Source: Podarcis pityusensis (Eukaryota). From it: a stretch of DNA of 64,000 bases. The notes beneath the pieces were generated by a model. That model saw nothing but the letters and a program-made list of their open reading frames with translations. It searched no databases and had not been told where the DNA came from. The position numbers and the translations under genes are program-made. The stretch lies in NCBI GenBank assembly GCA_964106645.2, contig OZ067047.1, one strand, 5' to 3'. This document shows positions 25,800 to 37,610 of the stretch, one piece after another; positions within the stretch are counted from its first letter, which is position 1; the number at the start of each line of letters is the position of its first letter.

Positions 25800-26490
25800 T
25801 GCACTAGTGTTTGAGGACCGGGACATTCACAGGGAAACCAAAATGCTTGTTTACAAAGCTGTTGTACTACCAACCTTACTGTATGCTTGTGAAACATGGA
25901 CCACTTATAAATGCCATCTCCAACTCCTTGAAAGATTACATCAACGGTGTCTCCAAAAATTTTTACACATCACTTGGGAAGACAGGTGAACTAATACCAG
26001 TGTACTGGAAGAAGCAAAGATCACCAGTATCGAAGCAATGATTATTCAACATCAACTTCGTTGGACTGGTCATGTTGTGCAGATGCCAGATTATAGTCTT
26101 CCAAAGCAACTACTCTATTCCGAACTTAAAAATGGAAAGTGTTTAAAGACTTTCCATGGACTTTAAATGGAAAGAGGTTTAAAGACTGTCTCAATGCAAC
26201 TTTTTAAAAAAATGTCGTATAAACACCAACAATTGGGAAACACTGGCCTGTGAGCGCTCCAATTGGAGAACAGCTTTTACCAAAGGCTTTGAAGACACTT
26301 GAACTCAGGATGCAAGGGAGAAACGTGCTAAGAGGAGGACAGGCTTGGCAAATCCGTGATCCACTCCCACCCAGAAACCAATGTCCCCACTGTGGAAGGA
26401 CGTGTGGATCCAGAATTGGCCTCCACAGTGACTTACAAACTCATTGTTAAAACCGTGATCAGCTATGAGTGATCACCAGAGAAGAAGAAG
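25800..26490 (+). mobile_element. RTE-clade LINE 3' fragment
   Basis: VFEDRDIHRETKMLVYKAVVLPTLLYACETWT, HQLRWTGHV and a CPHCGRTCGSRIGLHS zinc knuckle; (GAA)n tail. Same family as 41274-41809. Confidence 0.9.
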
Positions 26491-26575
26491 ACTGGTCAAC
26501 AGCTGCCATTTGGCAAAGAGGTCTGTGGACTTAGCAGCTGCCCTCTATGTACACGTTCCCACTGGATTTTCTTAC

Positions 26576-26936
26576 TGTTATTGTTGTTTAGTCGTTTAGT
26601 CGTGTCTGACTCTTCGTGACCCCATGGACCAGAGTACGCCAGGCACTCCTGTCTTTCACTGCCTCTCACAGTTTGGTCAAACTCATGTTGGTAGCTTCGA
26701 GAACACTATCCAACAATCTCGTCCTCTGTCGTCCCCTTCTCCTTGTGCCCTCAATCTTTCCCAACATCAGGTTCTTTTCCAGGAAGTCTTCTCTTCTCAT
26801 GAGGTGGCCAAAGTATTGGAGCCTCAGCTTCAGGATCTGTCCTTCCAGTGAGCACTCAGGGCTGATTTCCTTAAGAATGGATAGGTTTGATCTTCTTACA
26901 GTCCATGGGACTCTCAAGAGTCTCCTCCAGCACCAT
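26576..26936 (-). mobile_element. Bov-B (RTE) LINE 3' fragment
   Basis: WCWRRLLRVPWTVRRSNLSILKEISPECSLEGQILKLRLQYFGHLMRREDFLEKNLMLGKIEG, the Bov-B RT C-terminus; tail (CTAAA)/(CAA)n. Confidence 0.93.
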
Positions 26937-26937
26937 T

Positions 26938-27110
26938 GCAAAAGACGAATACCAAACCCAACATGGCTGATATCCAAACGAGACACTGCTTATGTCCAGT
27001 GTCCAACAGGTCTGCTCTGAGTCGCAAAAGACGAATACCAAACCCAACATGGCTGATATCCAAACGAGACACTGCTTATGTCCAGTGATTTCAACAGGTC
27101 TGCTCTGAGT
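26938..27110. repeat. Tandem duplication, two units of about 86 bp
   Basis: GCAAAAGACGAATACC...TGCTCTGAGT at 26938-27022 and 27024-27110. Confidence 0.95.
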
Positions 27111-29662
27111 AGGGCTGCCATTAGATATCACCTGGAAAAAACATCCCTTTCATAACAACACTAAAAGACTAACAACTAGCACAGAGCTACCCTAACGCAT
27201 AATAGCAGTTAATAATATAGAATTAGTAACAGCAGGGAGGCAGCCATTGTGCGTCCTTGGCAGGAAGGGAGGAGGTGGCTGTCAGGTGTTCAAGGGGAGG
27301 GGGTGGCAGGTGAGGAGTGCCTGTTGAATTCAAATTCAAAAGAACATACTTTTTAAAAAAAATACCTTCCAGCTACAGTATGCACCATTAATCGAATCTC
27401 AGTAATGAGCATATCCAAACTTACTGTCTCTCCCTAGCACACATGTCAGCTGAAATACATGCAGCCTGCCTTCCTGCAATCTGGATGCTCTGCATTCTCA
27501 CTAAACTGTCACAAAGAAAGTAATGCATAGAAATAGTTATGCTGTGTGTAGCAACAGAATCAGTATGGGTTGCCTAAAAAGGAGTTTCAAAAGAGTGAAG
27601 TGTCCCTTTAAGCACAATCAGCCCTCTCTTTATCTTCATTATAGATAGGTGGGTATTAATAAAATATGTGGGGGGAAATGTTATGCAACAGAAAATAGGT
27701 TTCTGAGAAGAGAACATTCTGAATAGATACTTTTATGAGATACTCCGCATTCCAATAACTCTCATACAGAGTGGAGCTCAAGCATGGCAGAAGTCAGATA
27801 AGTTCTCACATATGAATAGCTAATTTTTAAGCAAGCATCATTTGTATTACTTTTGCAATATATCCAGTTATTATCAGCTGAGTGTGATGATTTGAGGCAT
27901 TTCGTATCTCATTTTCCACCTTTTCCCCCACTTTTGTATGCGTGTAAACAGATAAAAATATGTCACTGACTGACTGACTGGACTCTTACGCAGTGATGAC
28001 TGACAGTCACCCATGACCCTCAACGGGGGCCATCTTAATGACACTATTAGAGAAGGGCAGGGGGCTACTAAAGGTGTAGTGGGGATAATGCTTTCAGCTT
28101 ACATCTAAACTATTTTAAAGTTTCCTTTGAGAATATGTGCAATAAACTCTAGTATAAAGCATGCACTCCTTTCCTCTTGACAATGCTGTATACAATTCTA
28201 AATCTGTATCCATCTCTACTTGCCCCCACATTCAACTCCAGGTTTAAACAGATAAATCTAGTAAGGTACTACATCTGGGGTATGAGACGTCAATCCTATT
28301 AGCTTTAAGTTGCCTGGGTGCTAATGATCATGGTATAAATCAGAATTTGGGTCACCCATTATCTATATTCAATATTTTTCTTCACCAAACCATGCAGAAA
28401 AGTTCTTACTTGAAGAGCCGTTGGCAATTAACAGAACTCATTTGCAATAAAGGTGCTTATCAGAATCAGTAAGCAGCTTCTTTTAAGATGCTTAGTTGCA
28501 AATTATTCCTTAACACCAAATGAATGCATTAGCCACATCAAAATTCCCTGTTTCAGAGATTTTCTTGTCAGCAACACTGAATTAATGTGAAGGTAGTTTT
28601 CTCAAGTCTTTCTACATTTTTTTAAAAAGAAAGGTTTATCTTCCTAGCCCCAACCTATCACTGCTCTTTGCAGTTAAAGTTATTCCAATATATGTTTGCA
28701 AGGGCAATCTCTAAAGGCACATAAAATAAAATGGGAAAAGGGTGTCATTAAAAAAGAAAACAAATATTTCAGACATCAGAGGTGCTACTGAAAATGAGGC
28801 ACAAATGGGTATTCTTTAGGGGATGGTAGTAATTTGAGTTGTCAACGCCTCAAATATACTATGACAAAAAAATACAGGAGTCAGACCGGATCAGTGCAAT
28901 AGATATAACTAAAGAAAGTCTTGAACGTGAAAATAATTCCCACAAAAATGAATTTGCATTTTTCTTTGCTTTGGGATGAAGTACAAAAGATCAGAAATGC
29001 ACAGTTATGGAGCATATATAAATTTTTACAGGAACATTGGTATGACTAACATTAACAAGAAATAAGATGCTATTTCAAGGCAGTTTTGGACTTTAAACAT
29101 TATAAGTCACTATTTTCTTTTTTAAAAAAAATATCTTTGAACAGGAGAATCTGAAGGCAAGTACTTTGAATCTGTTCTGATTAGGGCTGTACGGTGGCAC
29201 CATTTCCTGTTGTACTTTGTATTCATCGCAAGCAGTACATTTTCCTCAGGAGTTTGTCTTTTGCCTAAAAGCACATTATTCGTCTCACTGTTCACTGTGG
29301 CAAAAGTATTTCGCTTACAAGTTGCAAACTGCACTAATTCACAATTTATATTCACTAACTATCAGTACAGGGTACTGGGCATCATTTTCTGGTGAGAGGA
29401 TGCCATCTTGCCCTCAGGATTATGGGTTCCTGTTGCCTGCACTACGTGTCAGCGTGTGTGTGTGACGTTGCACATCCGAGTTGCGGCGACCAGGGGCAGC
29501 TCCTCTTCCTCCTCCTCTCTGCAGCCAGTGAGGTACCCTTTGCTGCATGGAGGGGCTCACACTCGGAGGCAGAGAGACTCCGCCTCCATGTCCAAGCCCC
29601 ACCCCCCAAAAGGGTGTCTCGCTGGCTGGCTGCAGAGGACAGAGCTGAACTGCTTTTCTCTC

Positions 29663-29876
29663 GTAGATCAGGGGAACGCTGTGGACATAGTGTATCTTGA
29701 TTTCAGTAAGGCTTCCATAACCTGGTTTCAAGTTACAAGAAACGAGATTCAGACTAAACATCAGGAAGAACATTTGGGCAGTAAGAGCTGCTTGACAGTG
29801 GAATGGACTCTCTTGGAAGGTGGTTGACTGGAGGTTGTTAAGCAGACGTTGGATGGCTATCTGCCATGGAAGCTTT
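29663..29876 (+). repeat. 214-bp inverted copy of the CR1 segment at 32569-32782
   Basis: About 211/214 identical to the reverse complement of 32569-32782, including the same internal-deletion junction. Confidence 0.95.
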
Positions 29877-31214
29877 CACAGCGGCCTGCCGGCTTTTCTC
29901 ATTGAGTTTGTGGGTGCCTGGAGTCGGCTCCTATGCCTGGTGGAAACAAAGTTGCAAGGACAAATCCATTTTGAATGTTCTTCATGTAAAGGTCACATCC
30001 CAACTAGGGATGTCGAAGAATTCTGACAGAAATGGGAGCAGAAATTGCTGAGGTTCAATTATCTGTCCCATGTCCAGAACGGAAATCTCCTACAGTATTC
30101 CCTGTGGCTGTTGCTTTCAATCTGCAAATGTTCCGTAACTGATTACACACACCCCCTTTGCATTGAAATGAATGCAGCGGAATAACATCATGACAGTGTA
30201 ATTTACACAATTTGCATAATTCATTACGTATATTAGGGAAGGTACCTATTTTTTCCCAGAGTGGACAGTGAGACAAATGGTATAGTTTTGAGCAAAATGC
30301 AACCTCAAGTCTAGATGAAACTGTGCTGCATGTGACAAATACAGGCTGCAACAGAAAACAATGCCTTTTTATATCCCTGACTGCAAACTGCATGCCTTCA
30401 GAGTCTCTAGTTCAAAGAGTCAATGTGTTTTGCAAACCACATCTGCAGTGTTCACATATTTCTGCATTCCAAGCAAAGATGCCCAACTGCTTAACATTTC
30501 GGATTTACAGAACAGTTGAAATGCTGTCAAAGGACCTAGTAGTTAAAGCACGTGCAAATGCAATAATTGTCCACCCTTCTTTACCTATTGATTATTGCTT
30601 GGTGTTAATAATTATGGGTTGTATCCAGCACTGTCATTCTGCCTGTGCAATGTACTTTCTCTTGCACCAGAGAACTTGTCCTTCCTCTTCTTTCTCCTAC
30701 ATCCCCACCTTCAGCATCTGTTCCAGATTGTTGCCTTTCTAGAGATGTCTTTGGGGTTGCACAGGGAAAATCTGTGGAATTTCTGTGAAAATCTGCACTG
30801 CAGCGTTGGATTCGGTCTTACTTTTCATTGTGTATAGAAGACTGAATCAAAATATTTGTTTTAACATTACATTGAACTAAAAAAGGGGGTAAAAAGGAGG
30901 TTTGAGATATAGTGCCATTAGCTTTTACCATTCGGGCATATGTGATATCCAGTTTAAAGTTGTTTTCACAAGTACAGTGTCTGTATGGCCTAAGTATGCA
31001 TCAACTTTTACAGACAGTGGACTGAATATGGGACCTACTCAATGCAAAGCATGTGGTCAGGTACTGAATAAAAACCCTGTCTCATACCTATAGTTTCTTT
31101 CTCCCCCCCCCCCCACTTTTTTTGATGGTATGGATACTTATGGAACATAATGTAGAAGGAGTTGTGGTTATTTTCATAGAATTTCATTCATTTTCAATTT
31201 GTCTTCTTACTGAG

Positions 31215-31410
31215 CTTTCTAGGTGGCGACTTACATACACACCTACAAAGTGAAAATGTCAGACAGATGCAAGTTTTTGCTCTGCAGACCCTTCGAATGC
31301 AGCCCATTATTTTCACCTCTCAAGCTGTTGTTTAACATGCATAACCTCCCGCAGCCAGCGACATTGGATGTAGATTTAGTGCCGTTTATAGCCTCCTATT
31401 TATCCAGCCC
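31215..31410 (+). repeat. Non-coding paralogous element, copy A (copy B at 37405-37610)
   Basis: About 81% identity with no indels over a 156-bp core starting GTGAAAATGTCAGACAGATGCA. Confidence 0.85.
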
Positions 31411-31690
31411 TACTCGTGACTAGTTCTTCCCAAGCAAGTCTAAAAGAGAGAGAAAGAAGCTTAGTGCTGCAGAATTCTTGTGAAATATTACTGTTAACAG
31501 AAATGTTGTGAGCTGGTGATATTCTGTGTCCTTTGCATTTGCTAAAAGTCCTGTATCCATCACGGTTGCATGCTGTGCTGTATGTTGCAAAATGTGTTTA
31601 ATATTTCCATAGTCCACCTGCAAATGTGCCTGATTGTGGCCTTGATATTCTCTTGGAGTAGTGAACATGCCATAAAATTGCTTTGGGATA

Positions 31691-31931
31691 CAGTGGTACC
31701 TTGGGTTAAGAACTTAATTCATACTGGAGGTCCGTTCTTAACCTGAAACTGTTCTTAACCTGAGGTGCCACTTTAGCTAATGGGGCCTCCCGCTGCCGCC
31801 GAGCCCCCGCTGCGTGATTTCTGTTCTCATCCTGAAGCAAAGTTCTTAACCTGAGGTACTATTCTGGGTTAGCGGAGTCTGTAACCTGAAGTGTCTGTAA
31901 CCTGAAGTGTCTGTAACCCGAGATACCACTG
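31691..31931 (-). mobile_element. Tc1/mariner (pogo/Tigger-like) MITE
   Basis: TIR CAGTGGTACCTTGGGTTA / TAACCCGAGATACCACTG with TA TSD. Confidence 0.9.
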
Positions 31932-32493
31932 TACTTCATTGGAAGTGATCAATAAATGAAATGGTGATGATGATAATGATAATGATAATGATAACTATTT
32001 TTATTTTCATGTATGCTGGAACCCCACTAGGTGTCATGGCATCCAAAGTTCTGCCTAGAGGGAACTTGCCATCTTTATACTGTGTAGCAGGGTGCAGTAA
32101 TGATGGTGATAATGAGCACAGATCATAATCAAAGTTCTTGGGTTATTTCTGTAAGTCAATGTTTAATGAGAGACGTGTCAGCCTTCTCTGGTTCATAAGG
32201 CATATATCAATATAATGCGGTAGTCTATCAACAACAATATTTTTCTTCTGTGTCCTCAGTGCTTCGTCTTGTCCCCATTTCAGCACAGGTGACGCTTTTG
32301 AGTGATTTACCTGTTAGTTAGTTCTGCATCCTCCTGCCAATCTACTCAGCTGGCACAAGGTGAATACAAATGAAATTGCTATTCCGTTGAATACATTGCA
32401 TAAACTGGAGAAAGAAAAAATAATGTGGATGGAATAGATAATGAAATGCTCAGCATTTCAGTACCTTCTTCATATCTTTTAAAATCTCTTGAC

Positions 32494-33030
32494 ATCATAG
32501 AATGGTACAGTTGGAAGGGACCCTGAGTGTCATCTGATTCAACCGGATGCAATGCAGGAATCTCAGCTAAAGCTTCCATGGCAGATGGCCATCCAACCTC
32601 CGCTTAACAACCTCCAGTCAACCACCTTCCAAGAGAGTCCATTCCACTGTCAAGCAGCTCTTACTGCCCAAATGTTCTTCCTGATGTTTAGTCTGAATCT
32701 CGTTTCTTGTAACTTGAAACCAGGTTATGGAAGCCTTACTGAAATCAAGATACACTATGTCCACAGCGTTCCCCTGATCTACCAAGCTTGCAACTCTAAC
32801 AAAAAGAAAAAAGATTTGTCTGGCATGACTTGAGAAATCCATGCCGGGTCTTAGTAATCACAGCATCCTTTTTAAGTGCTCCCAGACCAACTGTTTAATT
32901 ATCTTTTCTAGGGCCTTTCCTGGTATCAATGTCAAGCTGACCAGTTGATAGTTACCTGGGTTTTCATTTCCCCCACATTTTGAAGATGGGGCAATGTTTG
33001 CCTGCAGTGACCTCACCTGTTCTCCAAGAA
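32494..33030 (-). mobile_element. Internally deleted old CR1 fragment
   Basis: NYQLVSLTLIPGKALEKIIKQ and LVDQGNAVDIVYLDFSKA fused directly to the C-terminal/3' UTR region; ends ...TTCCAACTGTACCATTCTATGATG. Confidence 0.85.
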
Positions 33031-34664
33031 TAATGTGTTTTGAATTTACTTGCTTCTGAAAAGGAGTTTCACTTAATTGCACAAGTCCTCTTGGGGTGGT
33101 GGGTAGGGAGGAGACAAGGCATTTAACTTCATTACGGCTATGTAATAATATTATTCTGTGCTAAGGTCCTCTCTCTGTTCACCACCTGCTTAACTTAAAT
33201 GTGTGTGGGGTGGGGAGACGTGCAGAAGATGGAGATGTAGTTGATGATCCCCATCCCACTCCATCCCCAGGTTACGGCATAAGCTCATACTTATCAGGGT
33301 TGGCTCTACCATTAGACAGAGTGAATGTCAGGGTTCAGCCCTGCCTAGTCCTGAGGTCTCAAGGGGCAGGAACAAGGGGATCAGATCCAGCAGATCACCA
33401 CAATGGACCCAGATATCCCTGCTCCACACCAGCTGACTGGGCCAGTGATCAGTCTCTTCTCCTATCTCCTTCAGGGCCTTAAGAAGAGAAGAGATAGACA
33501 AACAAACAGGCATGAGCTCCAGAACTGCTGCTGAAGTGTACTTGAAACAGGGGAATTGTATGGAAGTACCTGCCTGGATGCAGGCATGGATGAGAGCCAG
33601 GAAGGGTGGATCACCTATATTAGCTCCCAGAGTGAGCTCCTTTGCTGCTGAAGCAACAAGTATTACCAAATTCCCATCTTCCTGACCAAGGTGGCAAATG
33701 TGTTCATTGGTCATTTAATGACAGAGCTATGTAACCTGCCCTGCATTCACCTAAGTGACCCAGGTGTTCTATAGGATGCTGTCCTATCAGCAAATTGGAG
33801 ATGAATTTTGATTGCCAGCCAGTCTGGTTGGTTTTTGTATACATAACGGGGAGGGTGATATTTTCCCATTTGATTCCGACAGCAAAATGTTGTGGCCTGG
33901 CCCTGCTCATTATTAACACATCCCCCAATTATTAGTACTACCCCTGGCTTTATTTACTGGCCACTGATGTATTTAGAATTCAGCTAAACAAAGCAAGAAG
34001 TAAGAACAGAATAAATTTAGTAGTTTCTAAATAGGTGTTATTAAAATATGTGATTCAGGAATTACCCCAATATATTGCATCAGCTCTCATTGGGGTTTAT
34101 GAAGAACAGCACAGCTCCAGTAGGACTCTAATATTACTTTTCAAAATATTACTTGCATTATAGCATGCTTCTCTTTGGGATATATCAACTTCTCTACAAA
34201 ATCATGGAGGAGCTTGGGAGCGGTTCTGTTTCCTGCGGTATATGAAATGATTCTGGTGGATTAGACGTGATTAAGAAGCACAGCAACTAAGTCTGCTCAA
34301 TCTTTCCTCCGTTATGAAATTTCTTATTAGGAGAGTTGCAAAAATGAGGGGGAGAGAGTGTATAATAACAGTTTTGGCGCATGAGATCAGTGCTTAGGTA
34401 CAGTTTGCTACATGGATGTATGATTATGTCAGGATCATTTAACACACTCCCTGATATTTGGCCCTTGGCACTAGGTAGAATCTCTGCCTCGTATATTGGT
34501 AGTTAATATAATATGTGCTACAGGAATGATCAGATATAGAGCATCAGCTGCATTTTACCAAGCCACTTCTTTGGTCCATCTAATTCTACACTGGCAGGCA
34601 GCAGCCAGGGTTTCAGATAGTGTGGATTAAAAATTTCTCATTTCCCCCCTGACATTTGGGAAAT

Positions 34665-36070
34665 TTCCCTGAGTGATTTGAAATTTACCACGTGTTATTC
34701 TCTGAAAGAGAACTATTTGAAAATGATTCATAGATGGTATTTAACTGTGAGTAGGTTGCCTAAGATGTATATACAGAACCAGATATGTGTTGGAAATGGG
34801 AGGAACCCTTTTTCCTATGTGGTGGACATGTAGAAAGGTAAAAGAATATTGGGAAATGATTTAAAATGAATTGAAAAAAACATTTAAATTTACCTTCCCC
34901 TAAAAAACCAGAATTCTTTTTGTTGGGAATAACCCAGAAAGAAATCCCCAGATGCCAGAAAAGTTCATTTATGTATGCAGCAAAGCGTGTTCTCACTAAA
35001 GGAGAGCATGTGTTGCGGATGGGGCCGGACAAAGCACCCTGCAGTGACTAGGCAGGTTGGAATTAAGGGGCCTAGCGTTGGTTGGTGTTTGTGTTGCTGG
35101 AGCAAATTTGATGTTGCAAATTTAGGGGATATTTAAGCAGGGTCCACAGCAGGCTACTTTCTCTTTCGCTGTGGACATCGGATCACCCACCCGCCCTCCC
35201 TTGTTTGGGCTTGCGCCTTGACCTTGCTATGCCTGTCATGGGGTCGTCCGCATTGGTGCGGGGGCCTGGTAGGAATTTTTCCAATTGGCTGATTAGTGTG
35301 TGCCTTTTGGGTTTTGCCTACTGCTTAGCAAATCGTCACAACTTGTAAGGTTGGCGGTTAGGCATTGGTTTAAATTGGTTGGTGGAGGGGTATGGATTGG
35401 CTGTGCCTGCCCCTCCAATGCTGTTGCTGCACGGGAATTCCGTTAAAGGAATTCAGGGGCTTACCATCCTTTCGTCCAAACCCCTGGAATCAGGTTTGGG
35501 CCGTGTAAGCCCCTAGGAGCATGCAGGGAGAAGCTGAGGGTCTGTGTCGCAGCTCCAGTTATCCCTGAACTTGTTCCTCCACACTGGCTTTCGCTGGAAT
35601 CCGGGAGCCAGTGCTGTCCCCAAGGCGGGGGGGGGGGGGGGACAGATAGTCATAACCAATGCCTAAGCAACCACTCACAATTTGTATGCTAATAAAGTTG
35701 TGGCCAAAATTATGCCAAAAACCTTAAATAAAAATTATGTGTGATGTGTGAGTTATTGAGGTAAGGGTGTTTTGGGGGACCTCAGCACGCAACAGCGCCC
35801 CGTGTTCTGTTAGTCCCAAAATGAAAAGTGAGCGAGATAAAGAGCATTGACAATTTAAGATGTTAGAATATGCAGAACTTGCAGGCTTAACATACAGAAT
35901 AAGAGAGCAAGAAGAACACATATTTAAAGAAGAGTGGAAAATATTTATTGAATATATGGGAAATAATTGTACACAGCTGAAAATGCTGGCAAATATTAAG
36001 ATAAATGCAACAGCGTAAACAATATTTGATTGATGTAAAAGTGGAAAATTGATTTGAATGGTTAATGTAA
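34665..36070 (+). mobile_element. L1 ORF2 C-terminal fragment interrupted by a DIRS/Ngaro-like element
   Basis: SLKENYLKMIHRWYLT, MCWK, MWWTCRKVKEYWEMI and KKPEFFLLGI on the left. The junction reconstructs MYAATAPRVLL, then YAELAGLTYRIREQEEHIFKEEWKIFIEY on the right. Confidence 0.85.
34984..35792 (+). mobile_element. DIRS/Ngaro-like non-autonomous element, complete copy
   Basis: Cleanly splits the L1 ORF with only GCAA shared at both junctions. TATA-like GATATTTAAG and AATAAAGTTGTGGCC; homologous to the 8.1 and 22.3 kb copies. Confidence 0.7.
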
Positions 36071-36073
36071 TCA

Positions 36074-36354
36074 AAAAAGTTGTGGCCAAGACAACTTGTT
36101 GAGTTTGTTCCACCTGCCATTGCTATTGTCTTCACACACTGGGGTGGAGGGCACTGTGAGTGGGTCCATAGCTCTTATTTCCCACCATGAGGGGGAGAAA
36201 TAAAGAGAAAGAGAAAGAGAGAGGGGGGGGTGGAATATATTCCATGCATGTATCTTTGCTGCTGGGTATCCCAAAGAGAATTTTCCCTCCAATTGTGAGG
36301 AGATAGCTACCTTTCTGCCAGTGTCTTCATATTTTCCATAATAACTGATGAATA
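36074..36354 (+). repeat. About 280-bp near-identical direct copy of 44595-44878
   Basis: Differs by two substitutions plus changes in the GA/G-rich microsatellite. Confidence 0.95.
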
Positions 36355-36889
36355 AAAAACAAATGCAAAAGAGGAGGAGGAGACCACCCTTGGGGGGGGG
36401 GGGATAAATGAGCTGTGTTTCTGCCACTGCTAATGGTGATCCCCACCCCTGAGAAGATATTTGACCATTTCTCCTCCCTCTATAGAAATCTGGTGAAAGA
36501 GTTTCCCAGTTTCTCTGCTCACAGATGAGAAGGTTGTTAGTGTCCAGTTCTCCTTTCAGTCAAGGACCTTCCTATCTCTACCTGAAGGTGCCAAGAATTA
36601 AACCTGCATGTAAAGGAGATACTGTGCTGTCACAAAGCTAAATTTGCTCCCAGAAGAGCTAGAGGTGGCCACAAACTTGGTTGGATTTAAAAGAGAATTA
36701 GACAAATTCATGGAGGAGAGCCTTATGTTCTGCAGTGGAAGTAGAACATGGCTACCATGAGTAGTTCTCACTGATAGCCTTACGTTCTACTTCCACTGTC
36801 AAAGGCTACTGCCTCTGAATAGCAGGTGCTGGGAATCACTGGTGGGAAGTGTGCTATTGCACTTGGTTTCTGCTTTTGAGCTTCCCATA

Positions 36890-37182
36890 GGCCTTGGCCC
36901 AGTGTCTTCACCCCCATCGTTCTGCCTGGACGCTGAGGTCCAGCATTGAGGGCCTTCTGGCGGTTCCCTCACTGTGAGAAGCAAAGCTACAGGGAACCAG
37001 GCAGAGGGCCTTCTCGGTAGTGGCACCCACCCTGTGGAATGCCCTCCCACCAGATGTCAAAGAGAAGAACAACTACCTGACATTTCGAAGACATCTGAAG
37101 GCAGCCCTGTTCAGGGAAGTTTTTAATGTGTGTGACATTTTAATGTATGGGTGGGGCCAGATGGGTGGGGTACAAATAATAA

Positions 37183-37230
<48 letters not shown>
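36890..37230 (+). mobile_element. L2 3' fragment with (TTA)n tail, nested in an old CR1 3' end (about 36660-37300)
   Basis: RAFSVVAPTLWNALPPDVKEKNNYLTFRRHLKAALFREVFN; (TTA)~15. Confidence 0.85.
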
Positions 37231-37404
37231 CTTATTGGCCACTGTGAGAACAAGATGCTGGGCTTGATGGATCCATGGCCTGATCCAGCTCTTCTTACAT
37301 TCCCATGCAAAACTCTTCCCTTGTTTTAGTTTTCATATTTAAAAAAAATAGTTTGAATACTTATGGGAACTATGGCTACTTTACAGAACTCCATTCATTT
37401 TTAA

Positions 37405-37610
37405 TTTCTAGGTGGTGACTGCTGACTGCATATACAGACACATACGGAGTGAAAATGTCAGACAGATGCAGGTTTAAGCTCTAGAGAGCCTTAAAGCTTG
37501 GCCCTTCATTCTCATCTCTCAAGCTGTCATTTAACATGTATAACCTCCAGCAGCCAGGGACATTGGAGGTAGATGTAGTGCCATTTAGAGCCACCCATTT
37601 CTCCATGCCT
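37405..37610 (+). repeat. Non-coding paralogous element, copy B (copy A at 31215-31410)
   Basis: See copy A. Confidence 0.85.

Noticed and set aside
26938-27110. CRISPR-like array
   Set aside because: Only two abutting units of about 86 bp with no unique spacers.
31223-31423. Mutually exclusive coding exon pair (with 37412-37610) or kinase-like GGDLH motif
   Set aside because: Substitutions show no third-position bias and copy B has stops or frame disruption. Kept only as a non-coding duplication.
29877-32568. Fixed inversion created by staggered breaks
   Set aside because: The source CR1 is continuous through both ends of the duplicated segment, so no inversion breakpoint is present in this haplotype.
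33830-33900. V(D)J recombination signal (GGTTTTTGT nonamer, 12-bp spacer) and J segment
   Set aside because: The heptamer position reads GAGGGTG and no FGxG/WGxG motif or splice donor follows. The nonamer near 16250 also lacks a heptamer.
35011-35794. Solo LTR bounded by TGTTGCG...CGCAACA
   Set aside because: No TSD at those ends. L1 reconstruction and the sibling copies place the real start about 27 nt upstream.
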